Of a stretch of DNA of 64,000 nt, positions 17,872 through 27,240 are shown piece after piece. Where the stretch lies: contig JBGAHI010000009.1 in assembly GCA_044226285.1 (NCBI GenBank), forward strand, positions 965 to 64,964, in the 5' to 3' direction. Origin of the DNA: Chitinophagales bacterium (GTDB lineage Bacteria; Bacteroidota; Bacteroidia; Chitinophagales; LD1). Every line of letters begins with the position of its first letter. Within the stretch, counting starts at the first letter, position 1. Made by a program: the position numbers and the translations under genes. The notes beneath the pieces were generated by a model. The model was not told the DNA's origin. It was given only the letters and a program-made list of their open reading frames with translations, and did not search any database.

Positions 17872-19272
17872 TTAAAGTGCAATCTGTTTTTTTCTAAATA
17901 TTTTATTGCCCAAACGTAACCACATTTTTGTTGTGTTGTTTTGTACTTCATTGTTTAAAAGTGGATAAATAATGGCATAAGCATCGCCTACCATGTAATA
18001 CGCATCAACCATTGAAGCTATTCCTGGATTTTTATTTACTTTCTTCATTCCACCTTTCGCTGCTACAGCAAAAAAGTGTTTGGCTAAAGTGGTTTTGCTT
18101 TTATCGATTCCTGAAAGTAAGGCAATAGGCTCTTCTGCTTGCTTTCCTCCCGCTGCTAAATAATTAAAACAGGCTTCTTTCAAATCATGATTGCTCATTA
18201 CTTTGTAAAGCGCATCTGCTAAAATATTTACTGCAGTATTTTGTGTTCGCGAAGCATAGAATGCACGAATCAATTCCATTCGGTTTTCAGTAGTTTCTAT
18301 TGACATCGTTTTCAATAACTGTTGTATGCTGTTCACATCGCGAAGGGTAACCGTCATGCCTCCACCGGTGAGCGGATGACGCATATTCAGCGCATCACCA
18401 AGCACTACCACACCATCCTGCATAATCGGTTTGCCCGGCAAATAATGGTTTGGCATTACCTTGAATTTTCCTTCTAGCATGCATACATCAAAAGCTTTGT
18501 GCATACTTTCCGGAATACGACTGCGCACATGTTGGTGGAGGTATTGTACCAACTCCTCGCTTTTTCGCGGTGGTTGATGGCCCGGGAAGTCAATTAAAAA
18601 TCGGATTTCATTTTTCGTTATGGGGTAACATAAAAACGGTGAGGACTCAGTCAAAAATACATGTCCGTGTTCAGCAACTGGCAGCGGACAATCTTTCAAA
18701 ACAATACCTAAGAAGTAACCGGTAACGGTTGCTGCTACTTCAGTGGTTTGTTTTCGAAATGTAGAAAAGAAGCCATCCATTACGATGGTTAGTTTTGCAT
18801 TTATTGCGATCGATTGTCCTGCTTTATCTCTGCAATAAATACCTGCAATTCGATTTCCTTTTTCGTGGATGAACGTTTGCGCTTCCGCTTCAATTCGCTT
18901 GATGTTATTGCCTTTTGTTAATTCATCACGCATTTTCTGCACAAATTTTCCATTCGTTAATCCCAAGCCGAATTTCCCTTCCGGATAAGCAATGTGTAAT
19001 GGCGTATCGTCTTTCATAATGGTGTAGCCTGTTATGCGTTGGGCATCATACCCATCCAGCAAATGCTCTAATTGCATCGCTTTCAGTTGTTCAACGCCAT
19101 CGGGTTGCATCAGTTCGCCAACAATGCGATCTTGTTCGCGCCAGTCTTTCTCAACAATAATTACTTTTAGCTTTTGATTCGCTAAGCTACACGCCAAGGC
19201 AGCTCCTGCAACCCCGGCACCTATGATACAAATATCAGCATCATGGTGAATAAGATTTGTTTCGTTCATCAT
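17872..19272 (-). CDS. Squalene monooxygenase (epoxidase), SQLE/ERG1-like
   Basis: FAD motif IIGAGVAG, DRIVGELMQPDG, DGFFSTFRK, GDALNMRHPLTGGGMTV, NILADALY. Confidence 0.95.
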   Translation of the reverse strand: MMNETNLIHHDADICIIGAGVAGAALACSLANQKLKVIIVEKDWREQDRIVGELMQPDGVEQLKAMQLEHLLDGYDAQRITGYTIMKDDTPLHIAYPEGKFGLGLTNGKFVQKMRDELTKGNNIKRIEAEAQTFIHEKGNRIAGIYCRDKAGQSIAINAKLTIVMDGFFSTFRKQTTEVAATVTGYFLGIVLKDCPLPVAEHGHVFLTESSPFLCYPITKNEIRFLIDFPGHQPPRKSEELVQYLHQHVRSRIPESMHKAFDVCMLEGKFKVMPNHYLPGKPIMQDGVVVLGDALNMRHPLTGGGMTVTLRDVNSIQQLLKTMSIETTENRMELIRAFYASRTQNTAVNILADALYKVMSNHDLKEACFNYLAAGGKQAEEPIALLSGIDKSKTTLAKHFFAVAAKGGMKKVNKNPGIASMVDAYYMVGDAYAIIYPLLNNEVQNNTTKMWLRLGNKIFRKKQIAL

Positions 19273-20438
19273 TAAAAAATTATTGGATTCGTTAATCTTT
19301 GTCCGAGTGCCAGTTTAATTTGGCAGATGCTTCCCCACATTGTAGCCGGAGTGTTTTTACTGTCTTGCATTTTTTCTTCCAACTCTTCGATGAAGTGAAG
19401 CATCATCTGTTTTGTACTTTCGAAATCACGCGTTTCCATCATGATTTTAGCCGATAGACCTTTTCTGATTTTTACATTTTTGCGAAACACTTCCGGGTTA
19501 TCATACAATTCAACAAGTGTGGCAATGGCCATCAATTGCGGAATAGCGCAGAAACGGAAAATTTGCATGTTCTGCAATTGACTCAAATAGTTGATGCAAT
19601 CGGGTAAATGGCGAATCGCATCCTCAATCATACAGTTCAAGCCTTTTAGTGAAGTGCTGCTTTCGGGCATGGATTTGAAAAGCGACAACGCTGTATGATG
19701 TTTATCCCAAATTTCGTTGGGCCAGAAAATGCGGTTCACTTCGAAATCTTCTAAGAAATCACGTGTGATATTCGTTTTCTGCAAAAACAAACCCATAGAA
19801 TTAGCGATGGTCATTTCTGAAGCCAATCCTTCTGCTTCAAAACCTGATGCGGAAAACAATTGACTTAAACCTTGTCCCACCAAACCGGCTACATAATGAC
19901 AATAAATATCGTAGTCCTGAATGGTTGTAATTTTGTAAGAACCCGAATCGGCCATGCCATTCCCCATGCGGAAACAGATATCGGAAATCACTTCCTTATA
20001 TTCCGGTTTCAGTTGAATGAACGAGCGCGTTACTTTATCGAAATGTTGCAACAACAAACGATAATCTTCTGTGTCGCCAATGCCTGTTAATGTGAAATCA
20101 GATAAGTAGCACGATTTGTAAAAATTACGCAGTAAACGTTCTTTTTCCGTTTCATCTAGCTCCATATCGTCTTCCACCGTATCGAGTCCGCGAAGCACCA
20201 AATAGAAAATGCCTACCGCTTCCTTTAATTCTTGCGGTAATTGTTGAATCACAATGGCGAACGAACGCGATACCTTTGTGAGGGCATCAAAACAGAACGC
20301 CATATCAGATCTAGTTAGCGCAGCTTCTGCTAAATTGATTTCACCCTGTTTGGGTTTTTCGCTGATGGAAAATTTAAGTAATGCCTTCAACTCCGAAGGA
20401 TGCGAAGCCGATTTTATTAAGTTTTTTAGTGTGCTCAT
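19272..20438 (-). CDS. Squalene synthase, FDFT1/ERG9-like
   Basis: VSRSFAIVI, FYLVLRGLDTVEDDM, YCHYVAGLVG, MGLFLQKTNITRDFLED, FRFCAIPQLMAIATL, VKIRKG. Confidence 0.95.
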   Translation of the reverse strand: MSTLKNLIKSASHPSELKALLKFSISEKPKQGEINLAEAALTRSDMAFCFDALTKVSRSFAIVIQQLPQELKEAVGIFYLVLRGLDTVEDDMELDETEKERLLRNFYKSCYLSDFTLTGIGDTEDYRLLLQHFDKVTRSFIQLKPEYKEVISDICFRMGNGMADSGSYKITTIQDYDIYCHYVAGLVGQGLSQLFSASGFEAEGLASEMTIANSMGLFLQKTNITRDFLEDFEVNRIFWPNEIWDKHHTALSLFKSMPESSTSLKGLNCMIEDAIRHLPDCINYLSQLQNMQIFRFCAIPQLMAIATLVELYDNPEVFRKNVKIRKGLSAKIMMETRDFESTKQMMLHFIEELEEKMQDSKNTPATMWGSICQIKLALGQRLTNPIIF

Positions 20439-20457
20439 ACGTTGTGTTTTAGTGATG

Positions 20458-20465
20458 CAAACCTA
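20458..20465 (-). promoter_or_regulatory. -7 element of squalene synthase operon
   Basis: TAGGTTTG on the minus strand, 19 nt before the ATG at 20438; no clear TTG -33 element. Confidence 0.55.
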
Positions 20466-20792
20466 GGTTAGGGGTAGCCCTTTGGCGTATGTATCGAGCA
20501 GCAGACGTATGCTTATCCCACTTTTGTTTAAACGAACACTCAAAAAACTGAATATCAGTTTATTGTGAATTTATTTTTAGCGGTCGAATGGAGCGATTTT
20601 GCGTATTCGAACGAAATGGAACCAACAAATGAATATTTATAAAGCGTTGATAATCATTTGTGTGTAAATTTGACCAACTAAGCCTTTAACGAGGTCGTTT
20701 TGGGGCGTGTATTTGGTTTATCCGAACTTAAAACGGTTCAAAAAATCGAAACCTTAAGCTTTATGCGTAAATTCGCCTCGGAAAATAAATAC

Positions 20793-21806
20793 ATGAATTT
20801 AGACCCAACAGCCGAGCAGCGGAAAAAAGATCACATCGATTTAGCGTTTCAATCGCAGATTCAAACTAGCGAATTAGACCATCGCTTTTTCTACGAGCCG
20901 ATGTTATCTGCACATCCTTCCAATGCCCTTCCACCTTTTTCTTTTTTAGGAAAAACGATGAAGGCGCCTATTTGGATTTCGTCTATGACGGGGGGAACCG
21001 GACCGGCACGACACATTAACCAAAACCTCGGACGCGTTTGTGGTGAATTTGGTTTAGGTATGGGCTTAGGTTCAACGCGTGCATTATTGGATAGCGATCA
21101 GTTTTTTGCCGATTTCGATTTACGTCAGTTAATTGGCAACGATCATCCCTTCTTTATTAATTTAGGTATTGCACAAATCGAAAAATTATTGTCTTCCGGC
21201 ACATTTGAAAAAGCAATTGCGCTTACCGATAAGTTACAAGCCGATGGTATGTTCATTCACGTGAACCCGATGCAGGAATGGTTGCAACCTGAGGGGGATC
21301 ATATCAGTCGTCCGCCACTCGAAACCATTGCTGAAGTATTGAGTTTGTATGCTAAACCTGTGATTGTAAAAGAAGTCGGTCAGGGTTTCGGACCGGAAAG
21401 TATAAAAGCATTATTGCAAATGCCTTTGGCGGCTATCGATTTTGCTGCTGCGGGAGGAACCAATTTTGCGAAAATTGAATTGTTGCGTTCAGATATGCAG
21501 AAGCAACAGATTTTTGATGCGTTTGCGAAAGTGGGGCACTCTGCAGCAGAAATGGTGGATTTTACGAATGCCGCTATTGCTGAGTTAGGCGATAAGGTGA
21601 AAGTGAAAGAAGTAATAATTTCCGGTGGAGTGAAAAACTACCTCGATGGTTATTATCTGATAAGCAAATCGAAGCTTCCTGCTGTTTATGGTCAGGGAAG
21701 TGCGTTGTTGCAATATGCAGGAGAATCGTACGAAAGTTTAAAAGCTTACGTTGAAAGTCAAATAAAAGGATTAACTTTTGCCAATGCTTTTTTGCGAATA
21801 AAGTGA
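20793..21806 (+). CDS. fni: Type 2 isopentenyl-diphosphate delta-isomerase
   Basis: RKKDHI, ISSMTGG, HVNPMQEWLQPEGD, VKEVGQG, GGTNFAKIE; start taken at MNLDPT 20793. Confidence 0.93.
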   Translation: MNLDPTAEQRKKDHIDLAFQSQIQTSELDHRFFYEPMLSAHPSNALPPFSFLGKTMKAPIWISSMTGGTGPARHINQNLGRVCGEFGLGMGLGSTRALLDSDQFFADFDLRQLIGNDHPFFINLGIAQIEKLLSSGTFEKAIALTDKLQADGMFIHVNPMQEWLQPEGDHISRPPLETIAEVLSLYAKPVIVKEVGQGFGPESIKALLQMPLAAIDFAAAGGTNFAKIELLRSDMQKQQIFDAFAKVGHSAAEMVDFTNAAIAELGDKVKVKEVIISGGVKNYLDGYYLISKSKLPAVYGQGSALLQYAGESYESLKAYVESQIKGLTFANAFLRIK

Positions 21807-21853
21807 TCAGTTAGCTTCTAGAGGCTAGGGGCTTAATTAATTGTTTTAATTCA

Positions 21854-21861
21854 TAATTTTG
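21854..21861 (+). promoter_or_regulatory. Internal -7 element upstream of HMG-CoA reductase
   Basis: TAATTTTG matches TAnnTTTG, 31 nt before ATG 21893. Confidence 0.5.
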
Positions 21862-21892
21862 CAACAACTCGAACGAATTTAGTTTAAGGAAT

Positions 21893-23221
21893 ATGAGTAA
21901 AGAAATACAAGGTTTTTCGAAGATGTCCAAAAAGGAGAAGATCCAGTGGATGGCGAAGAATTTCCTTTATGCGAATCCAATTGATGTGATGAAAGAGTTT
22001 GCCGGTTTTTGGCACGATAACATCGAAGCACAAAAGCTTTTAGATGGATTCAGCGAAAACACATTAACGAACTTTCCGGTGCCTTTCGGTATCGCACCGA
22101 ACTTCATGATCAATGGCGAGATTTACGCTGTGCCAATGGTGATTGAAGAAAGCTCGGTAGTAGCTGCTGCTTCGAATGCCGCTAAGTTCTGGTTAAGTCG
22201 GGGTGGCTTCAAAGCGAAAGTGATTTCGTCTACAAAGGTTGGACAAGTGCATTTTCAATTTGATGGCGATAAAGAAAAATTGTTTTTCCTTTTCAATACA
22301 GAAATAAAAGCTAAGCTTCTTCAAGCGGTGAAGCCCATTACGGCTAACATGGAGAAAAGAGGAGGAGGTGTGAAAGACTTGGAATTGATTGATTTCACAT
22401 CTATAGAACCCGATTACTATCAGATTCGTTGCTATTTTGAAACAGTAGATTCTATGGGCGCGAATTTTATTAATTCATGCTTGGAGGAATTCGGAAAGTC
22501 TTTGGTAGATATTATTTCGAACGATGCACGCTTCAATTTGGAAGAGCAAAGCATAGAAGTAATTATGTGTATTCTTTCGAATTACACACCGGAATGTGTG
22601 GTGAAAGCAGAAGTAGAATGCAATGTAGATGAACTCGGTTCTTTCGATGATGGCAAGATGAAAGCCCGCGAATTTGCTGCTCGTTTTGCAAAGGCTGTTC
22701 GCATTGCACAAATCGATCCGTATCGCGCCACAACACATAATAAAGGAATTATGAATGGCATTGATGCCGTAGTGTTGGCTACAGGTAACGATTTCAGGGC
22801 GATTGAAGCTTGTGCGCATACTTATGCAGCGCGCGATGGACAGTATAGAAGTTTATCGGAATGCACCATTGAAAACAATATTTTCAATTTCAGTTTAACC
22901 ATTCCATTAGCGGTTGGAACAGTAGGTGGATTAACTTCTTTGCATCCATTGGCAAAGCGTTCATTGGAAGTATTGGGCAATCCATCTGCACATCGCTTGA
23001 TGGAAATTATTGCAACGGTTGGCTTAGCGCAAAACTTTGCTGCTGTGAAATCGTTGACTACTGTTGGTATTCAGAAAGGGCACATGAAAATGCACCTCAC
23101 CAATATTTTGGCATCGTTCCAAGCAACAGATGCAGAAATGGAAAAGGCGCGTGAATATTTTGAAGATAAAACCGTTTCCGTTTCCGGTGTTCGTGAATAC
23201 CTGTTAGACATCCGAAAATGA
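21893..23221 (+). CDS. mvaA: Class II HMG-CoA reductase
   Basis: SENTL, PMVIEESSVVAAAS, DSMGANFINS, RATTHNKGIMNG, GNDFRAIEA, GIQKGHMKMH. Confidence 0.96.
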   Translation: MSKEIQGFSKMSKKEKIQWMAKNFLYANPIDVMKEFAGFWHDNIEAQKLLDGFSENTLTNFPVPFGIAPNFMINGEIYAVPMVIEESSVVAAASNAAKFWLSRGGFKAKVISSTKVGQVHFQFDGDKEKLFFLFNTEIKAKLLQAVKPITANMEKRGGGVKDLELIDFTSIEPDYYQIRCYFETVDSMGANFINSCLEEFGKSLVDIISNDARFNLEEQSIEVIMCILSNYTPECVVKAEVECNVDELGSFDDGKMKAREFAARFAKAVRIAQIDPYRATTHNKGIMNGIDAVVLATGNDFRAIEACAHTYAARDGQYRSLSECTIENNIFNFSLTIPLAVGTVGGLTSLHPLAKRSLEVLGNPSAHRLMEIIATVGLAQNFAAVKSLTTVGIQKGHMKMHLTNILASFQATDAEMEKAREYFEDKTVSVSGVREYLLDIRK

Positions 23222-24144
23222 GTGCTGCCACTTTTTATGCCTCGGGCAAATTACTGCTCTCCTCTGAATACTTTATCTTAGATGGTGCGCAAGGACTTGC
23301 CATTCCTACTGTATACGGACAACGAATGGATGTAACGAACTTGCCTACACATACCAATACTTTGTATTGGAAAGCATTTACATCCACTCAAACACTATGG
23401 TTGGATTTGGTGTTTGATAAACAAACATTGCAAGCAACTACCGATTGCAAAGAAGCCAATATGCTCTCGTTAATGCTCCAAAAAATACGCGAACAACAAC
23501 CCGATTTCTTGCTGAGTGACAGCGATGTAGAAGTTGCTACATACCTTGAATTTCCTAATGCCTGGGGCCTAGGTTCCAGCTCTACTTTATTGGCTTGTTT
23601 AGCGCAATGGCTTAATATCGATTGGTATACATTGTTGAAAGCAACTATTGGCGGTTCAGGATATGATGTAGCTTGTGGATTAGCCAAAACACCTGTTTTG
23701 TATAGCATTGAAGCCGGTCGGCCGGTTGTGAAATCTGTTGTTTTCCAACCTAAATTTTCGGAACAACTCTATTTTGCTTATTTGGGAAAGAAGCAATTGT
23801 CGTCACAAGGCATTCAGCATTATAAAGACAAAGCACAAGATAAAGCCGCAATTGCACTTCAATTGACAGCTATCACCACAGCAATGCTCAACTGCTCTAC
23901 CTTGAATGCTTTTGAAACATTGTTAGAAGAGCACGAACTCATTATTAGCAATGCGTTGGGAATGGAACGTGTGCAGCAAAGTGTGTTCCCTGATTATTGG
24001 GGAAAAGTGAAATCGTTAGGTGCATGGGGTGGCGATTTTGTTTTATTAACGAATAACAGAACAGAAAAAGAACTACGCGATTATTTACAGCAAAAAAATA
24101 TTGATGTTGTTTTTAGCTTTAGCGAATTAATATTGAAATCATAA
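23218..24144 (+). CDS. GYDIA-family GHMP kinase, probable phosphomevalonate kinase
   Basis: GKLLLSSEY, WGLGSSS, GSGYDVAC, KSLGAWGGD; ATGA overlap with mvaA. Confidence 0.8.
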   Translation: MSAATFYASGKLLLSSEYFILDGAQGLAIPTVYGQRMDVTNLPTHTNTLYWKAFTSTQTLWLDLVFDKQTLQATTDCKEANMLSLMLQKIREQQPDFLLSDSDVEVATYLEFPNAWGLGSSSTLLACLAQWLNIDWYTLLKATIGGSGYDVACGLAKTPVLYSIEAGRPVVKSVVFQPKFSEQLYFAYLGKKQLSSQGIQHYKDKAQDKAAIALQLTAITTAMLNCSTLNAFETLLEEHELIISNALGMERVQQSVFPDYWGKVKSLGAWGGDFVLLTNNRTEKELRDYLQQKNIDVVFSFSELILKS

Positions 24145-24146
24145 GT

Positions 24147-25196
24147 ATGAATACGATAAAAAAAGTAACCTGGCAGAGTCCTTCAAACATTGCGCTCATC
24201 AAGTATTGGGGCAAGCACGGCAATCAGTTGCCGAACAACCCTTCCATTAGTTTCACATTGGAGGAGTGTTATTCTGAAACTACTTTGGCCATTGAGCCTA
24301 AGACAGGTTCAAGCAATGAAATCGAATTGCGTTTTTATTTCGATAAGAAAGAGAACCTTGCGTTTCGTTTGAAGATCTTGCAATTCTTCGAATCTATCCA
24401 CAAAGAGTTTTCGTTTTTGCGTGATTACTCGATTGTGATTCACTCGATGAATTCGTTTCCGCATTCATCAGGTATTGCATCTTCGGCATCATCCATGAGC
24501 GCTTTGGCTTTGTGTTTGTGTTCTATGGACGATATGTTGAACAAACGCAAAACGCCTAAAGACGACTTCTTCGCTCGTGCTTCTCACTTTGCACGTTTAG
24601 GTTCAGGCAGTGCTTGTCGTTCGGTATATCCGGTGATGGCCTCGTGGGGTAAGAACAAACACATTAAAAATTCATCCGATAAATTTGCTACTGATTGTAG
24701 CGATTGGATCCATCCGATTTTCAAAACATTTCAGAATTCGATTTTGATTGCTTCGGCATCCGAGAAAAAAGTATCGAGTCGCGTGGGGCATTCGTTGATG
24801 GAAACCAATCCGTTTGCTACCGCACGTTACAAGCAAGCCAACGATAATTTGAATACACTGATCAAAGCCTTAATGACAGGCGATTTGGACACCTTCGGGG
24901 AAATTGTAGAAACAGAAGCACTAACACTTCATGCTTTAATGATGTGTTCTACGCCTTCATTTACATTGATGACACCGAACACATTGGCGATGATTGAAGC
25001 CATTCGCGATTTCCGTGAAAGCTCTCAGATTCCGGTGTACTTTACTTTAGATGCCGGTCCGAATATTCACTTGTTGTATCCAAATAAATTCAAAAGCAAA
25101 GTGCACGAGTTTATTGAACTCGAATTGAAACAATTCTGCGAAAACGGTCGCGTTATTTTTGATGCCGTAGGCAAGGGTCCGAAATTGATTAAGTAA
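24147..25196 (+). CDS. mvaD: Diphosphomevalonate decarboxylase
   Basis: SPSNIALIKYWGK, NPSISFTL, GIASSASS, ARLGSGSACRS, FTLDAGPNIH. Confidence 0.95.
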   Translation: MNTIKKVTWQSPSNIALIKYWGKHGNQLPNNPSISFTLEECYSETTLAIEPKTGSSNEIELRFYFDKKENLAFRLKILQFFESIHKEFSFLRDYSIVIHSMNSFPHSSGIASSASSMSALALCLCSMDDMLNKRKTPKDDFFARASHFARLGSGSACRSVYPVMASWGKNKHIKNSSDKFATDCSDWIHPIFKTFQNSILIASASEKKVSSRVGHSLMETNPFATARYKQANDNLNTLIKALMTGDLDTFGEIVETEALTLHALMMCSTPSFTLMTPNTLAMIEAIRDFRESSQIPVYFTLDAGPNIHLLYPNKFKSKVHEFIELELKQFCENGRVIFDAVGKGPKLIK

Positions 25197-25219
25197 CAAC
25201 AACGAACAATTCAGAGTCT

Positions 25220-26137
25220 ATGCAACGTAAGGCAATAGCATTTCAAACATTTCCATCCAAAGTACTTTTGTTTGGTGAGCATATCATCAATAAAGGCGCA
25301 CAAGGCTTGGCTATTCCTTCTCGTTTGTATAGTGGAAAACTCACGTATTCGAAAAACGATTCGGAGGAAGACAAAAACTCCAATCATTCGTTAGCGCAAT
25401 TAGCCAATTACATTATTGCAAATCCTGAATTAGAAAAACATATTGCCATCAACGATTTTCTTACCGCCATTGAACGCGGTTTAGTTTTCGATTCTAATAT
25501 CCCACAAGGTTATGGCATGGGCAGTTCAGGGGCGCTGGTCGCTGCTGTGCTTTCTGCATACGGACATGCTGCAATATTGGATAGTGATATTCAATCCATT
25601 AAAAACTTTTTAGCTGCCATGGAAAGTTGCTTTCATGGACGAAGTTCAGGGCTTGATCCTATTGTAGCTTATTTACAGAAACCTTTGCTGGTGTCTATGA
25701 AGGAAACACAAGTGGCATTGTTCAAAAAAAGTCCGGCTCCGGTGTTTGATGTAAGTTTGTTTGATACCGGTGTGCCGCGTAAAACAGCCGATTGGGTACG
25801 TTTATTTATGGAGCGAACACAGCAACATGCATTTGGTGAAATCGTTGAAAAATCGATGCTTCCGGCCAATCAAATTTGTATTGATGCGATGTTGAATTTG
25901 AAATATGTTCCGTTCTGGAAATCGCTGAAATTGATTTCGCAATTGCAGTTCGATTATATGCAAGACTTTATACCAAAAGCATTTCACGGTGTATGGAAAA
26001 ACGGCTTGCTCAATAATGAATATTACCTCAAAATCTGTGGTGCCGGTGGAGGTGGCTTTATTCTATGTTTTTCAAAAGCGAATACCGACTTATCCAACTT
26101 CCGCTTTGCAGAAAGACATGAAGTGATGAAATTCTAG
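25220..26137 (+). CDS. mvk: Mevalonate kinase
   Basis: SKVLLFGEH, IPQGYGMGSSGA, FHGRSSGLDP, KICGAGGGG. Confidence 0.9.
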   Translation: MQRKAIAFQTFPSKVLLFGEHIINKGAQGLAIPSRLYSGKLTYSKNDSEEDKNSNHSLAQLANYIIANPELEKHIAINDFLTAIERGLVFDSNIPQGYGMGSSGALVAAVLSAYGHAAILDSDIQSIKNFLAAMESCFHGRSSGLDPIVAYLQKPLLVSMKETQVALFKKSPAPVFDVSLFDTGVPRKTADWVRLFMERTQQHAFGEIVEKSMLPANQICIDAMLNLKYVPFWKSLKLISQLQFDYMQDFIPKAFHGVWKNGLLNNEYYLKICGAGGGGFILCFSKANTDLSNFRFAERHEVMKF

Positions 26138-26142
26138 TACTA

Positions 26143-26721
26143 TTAACGCGCTACAACGATTTTCTTTTCGATTGTTCTTCCTTCAATGGTAAAGACTATA
26201 ACGTAAGCTCCGTTCGGCAAGCTAGATACGGGTATTGTTTGGTTGCCCAATAAATCTTTTTGGGTGAACTGCTCCCGACCCAACAAATCATACACTGCAA
26301 TATTGTATGTAGAACAAGTGTAATTGCAAACAATTTTGATTGTATCCTTTACAATCTGTGGAACGAAAATAGATGCAATGGCATTGTCTGCTCTAAATTG
26401 TATTGTTTTACTTGTATACAAACCATAAGTTATTTTGTAGTAATACAGCGTATTGTAGTTGCTTTTAGTGTCTCTAAAGGTAACTGTCCTGTTGTTACTG
26501 TCGGACAAGCTTACTTCTCCAACAAAGCCGAAAAATTTATTGTCGGTGCTCCTATAAACAAACGCACGTTCTGAAATTTCACCTACATTAAATTTTAAAT
26601 GCAAATCAATTTCATTGTTGAACTGCGAAATACAATCGAAATCAATGATGTACTGATTTTGTTTTTTACACGATGTGAATAGTAAAATCACACATGCAAC
26701 AATAAGATGGGTACTTTTCAT
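26143..26721 (-). CDS. Putative lipoprotein with T9SS type A-like C-terminal domain
   Basis: Lipobox-like LFTSC-KK; C-terminal IAVYDLLGR...LPNGAYVI...KKIVVAR; start MKSTHL at 26721. Confidence 0.7.
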   Translation of the reverse strand: MKSTHLIVACVILLFTSCKKQNQYIIDFDCISQFNNEIDLHLKFNVGEISERAFVYRSTDNKFFGFVGEVSLSDSNNRTVTFRDTKSNYNTLYYYKITYGLYTSKTIQFRADNAIASIFVPQIVKDTIKIVCNYTCSTYNIAVYDLLGREQFTQKDLLGNQTIPVSSLPNGAYVIVFTIEGRTIEKKIVVAR

Positions 26722-26753
26722 TTTGGGTTTTAAATATTGGCGAGCAAATACGA

Positions 26754-27230
26754 TTACTTCTGCAAAAAAGCAGAGTACATCCACACTAATTTTTCTTGTG
26801 CACGGATATAATCGCTCATTAAGGCATTTGTTCCTTCATCGCCTGCATCACCCGATAACGTTAGCAATTCGCGTTGCAATGCAATCACAATTTTGAAGGA
26901 ATGTAATATATCTTCCACCGCTTTCTTTCCATCGGTTACTTTACCGGCTTCAGTGATTTTGGCCACTTTCTTATAATCGGAATACTTGTGATTCGGAGAA
27001 TGCCCAAGGGTAAGAATACGCTCCGCTACTTCATCAATCTTCAACACTAAATCGTTGTAGAGCTCTTCAAATTTCAAATGCAGTTCAAAGAATTTTTCAC
27101 CTTTAATATTCCAGTGATACCCACGTGTATTCTGATAAAAAAGGGAATAGTTGGCTAACAACACATTCAATTTTTCTGCTAATTTTTTGGATTTAGCACT
27201 GTCTAATCCGATGGCGTTAAGGTTTTTCAT
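26754..27230 (-). CDS. dps: DNA starvation/stationary phase protection protein Dps
   Basis: HWNIKGEKFFELHLKFEELY, DEVAERI, EKLVWM; start MKNLNA at 27230. Confidence 0.95.
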   Translation of the reverse strand: MKNLNAIGLDSAKSKKLAEKLNVLLANYSLFYQNTRGYHWNIKGEKFFELHLKFEELYNDLVLKIDEVAERILTLGHSPNHKYSDYKKVAKITEAGKVTDGKKAVEDILHSFKIVIALQRELLTLSGDAGDEGTNALMSDYIRAQEKLVWMYSAFLQK

Positions 27231-27240
27231 ATTAATTGTT

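Noticed and set aside
19272-20438. Phytoene synthase / carotenoid cluster
   Set aside because: Motifs are squalene-synthase specific (FLQKTNI, FCAIPQ) and no crtI or crtY lies nearby
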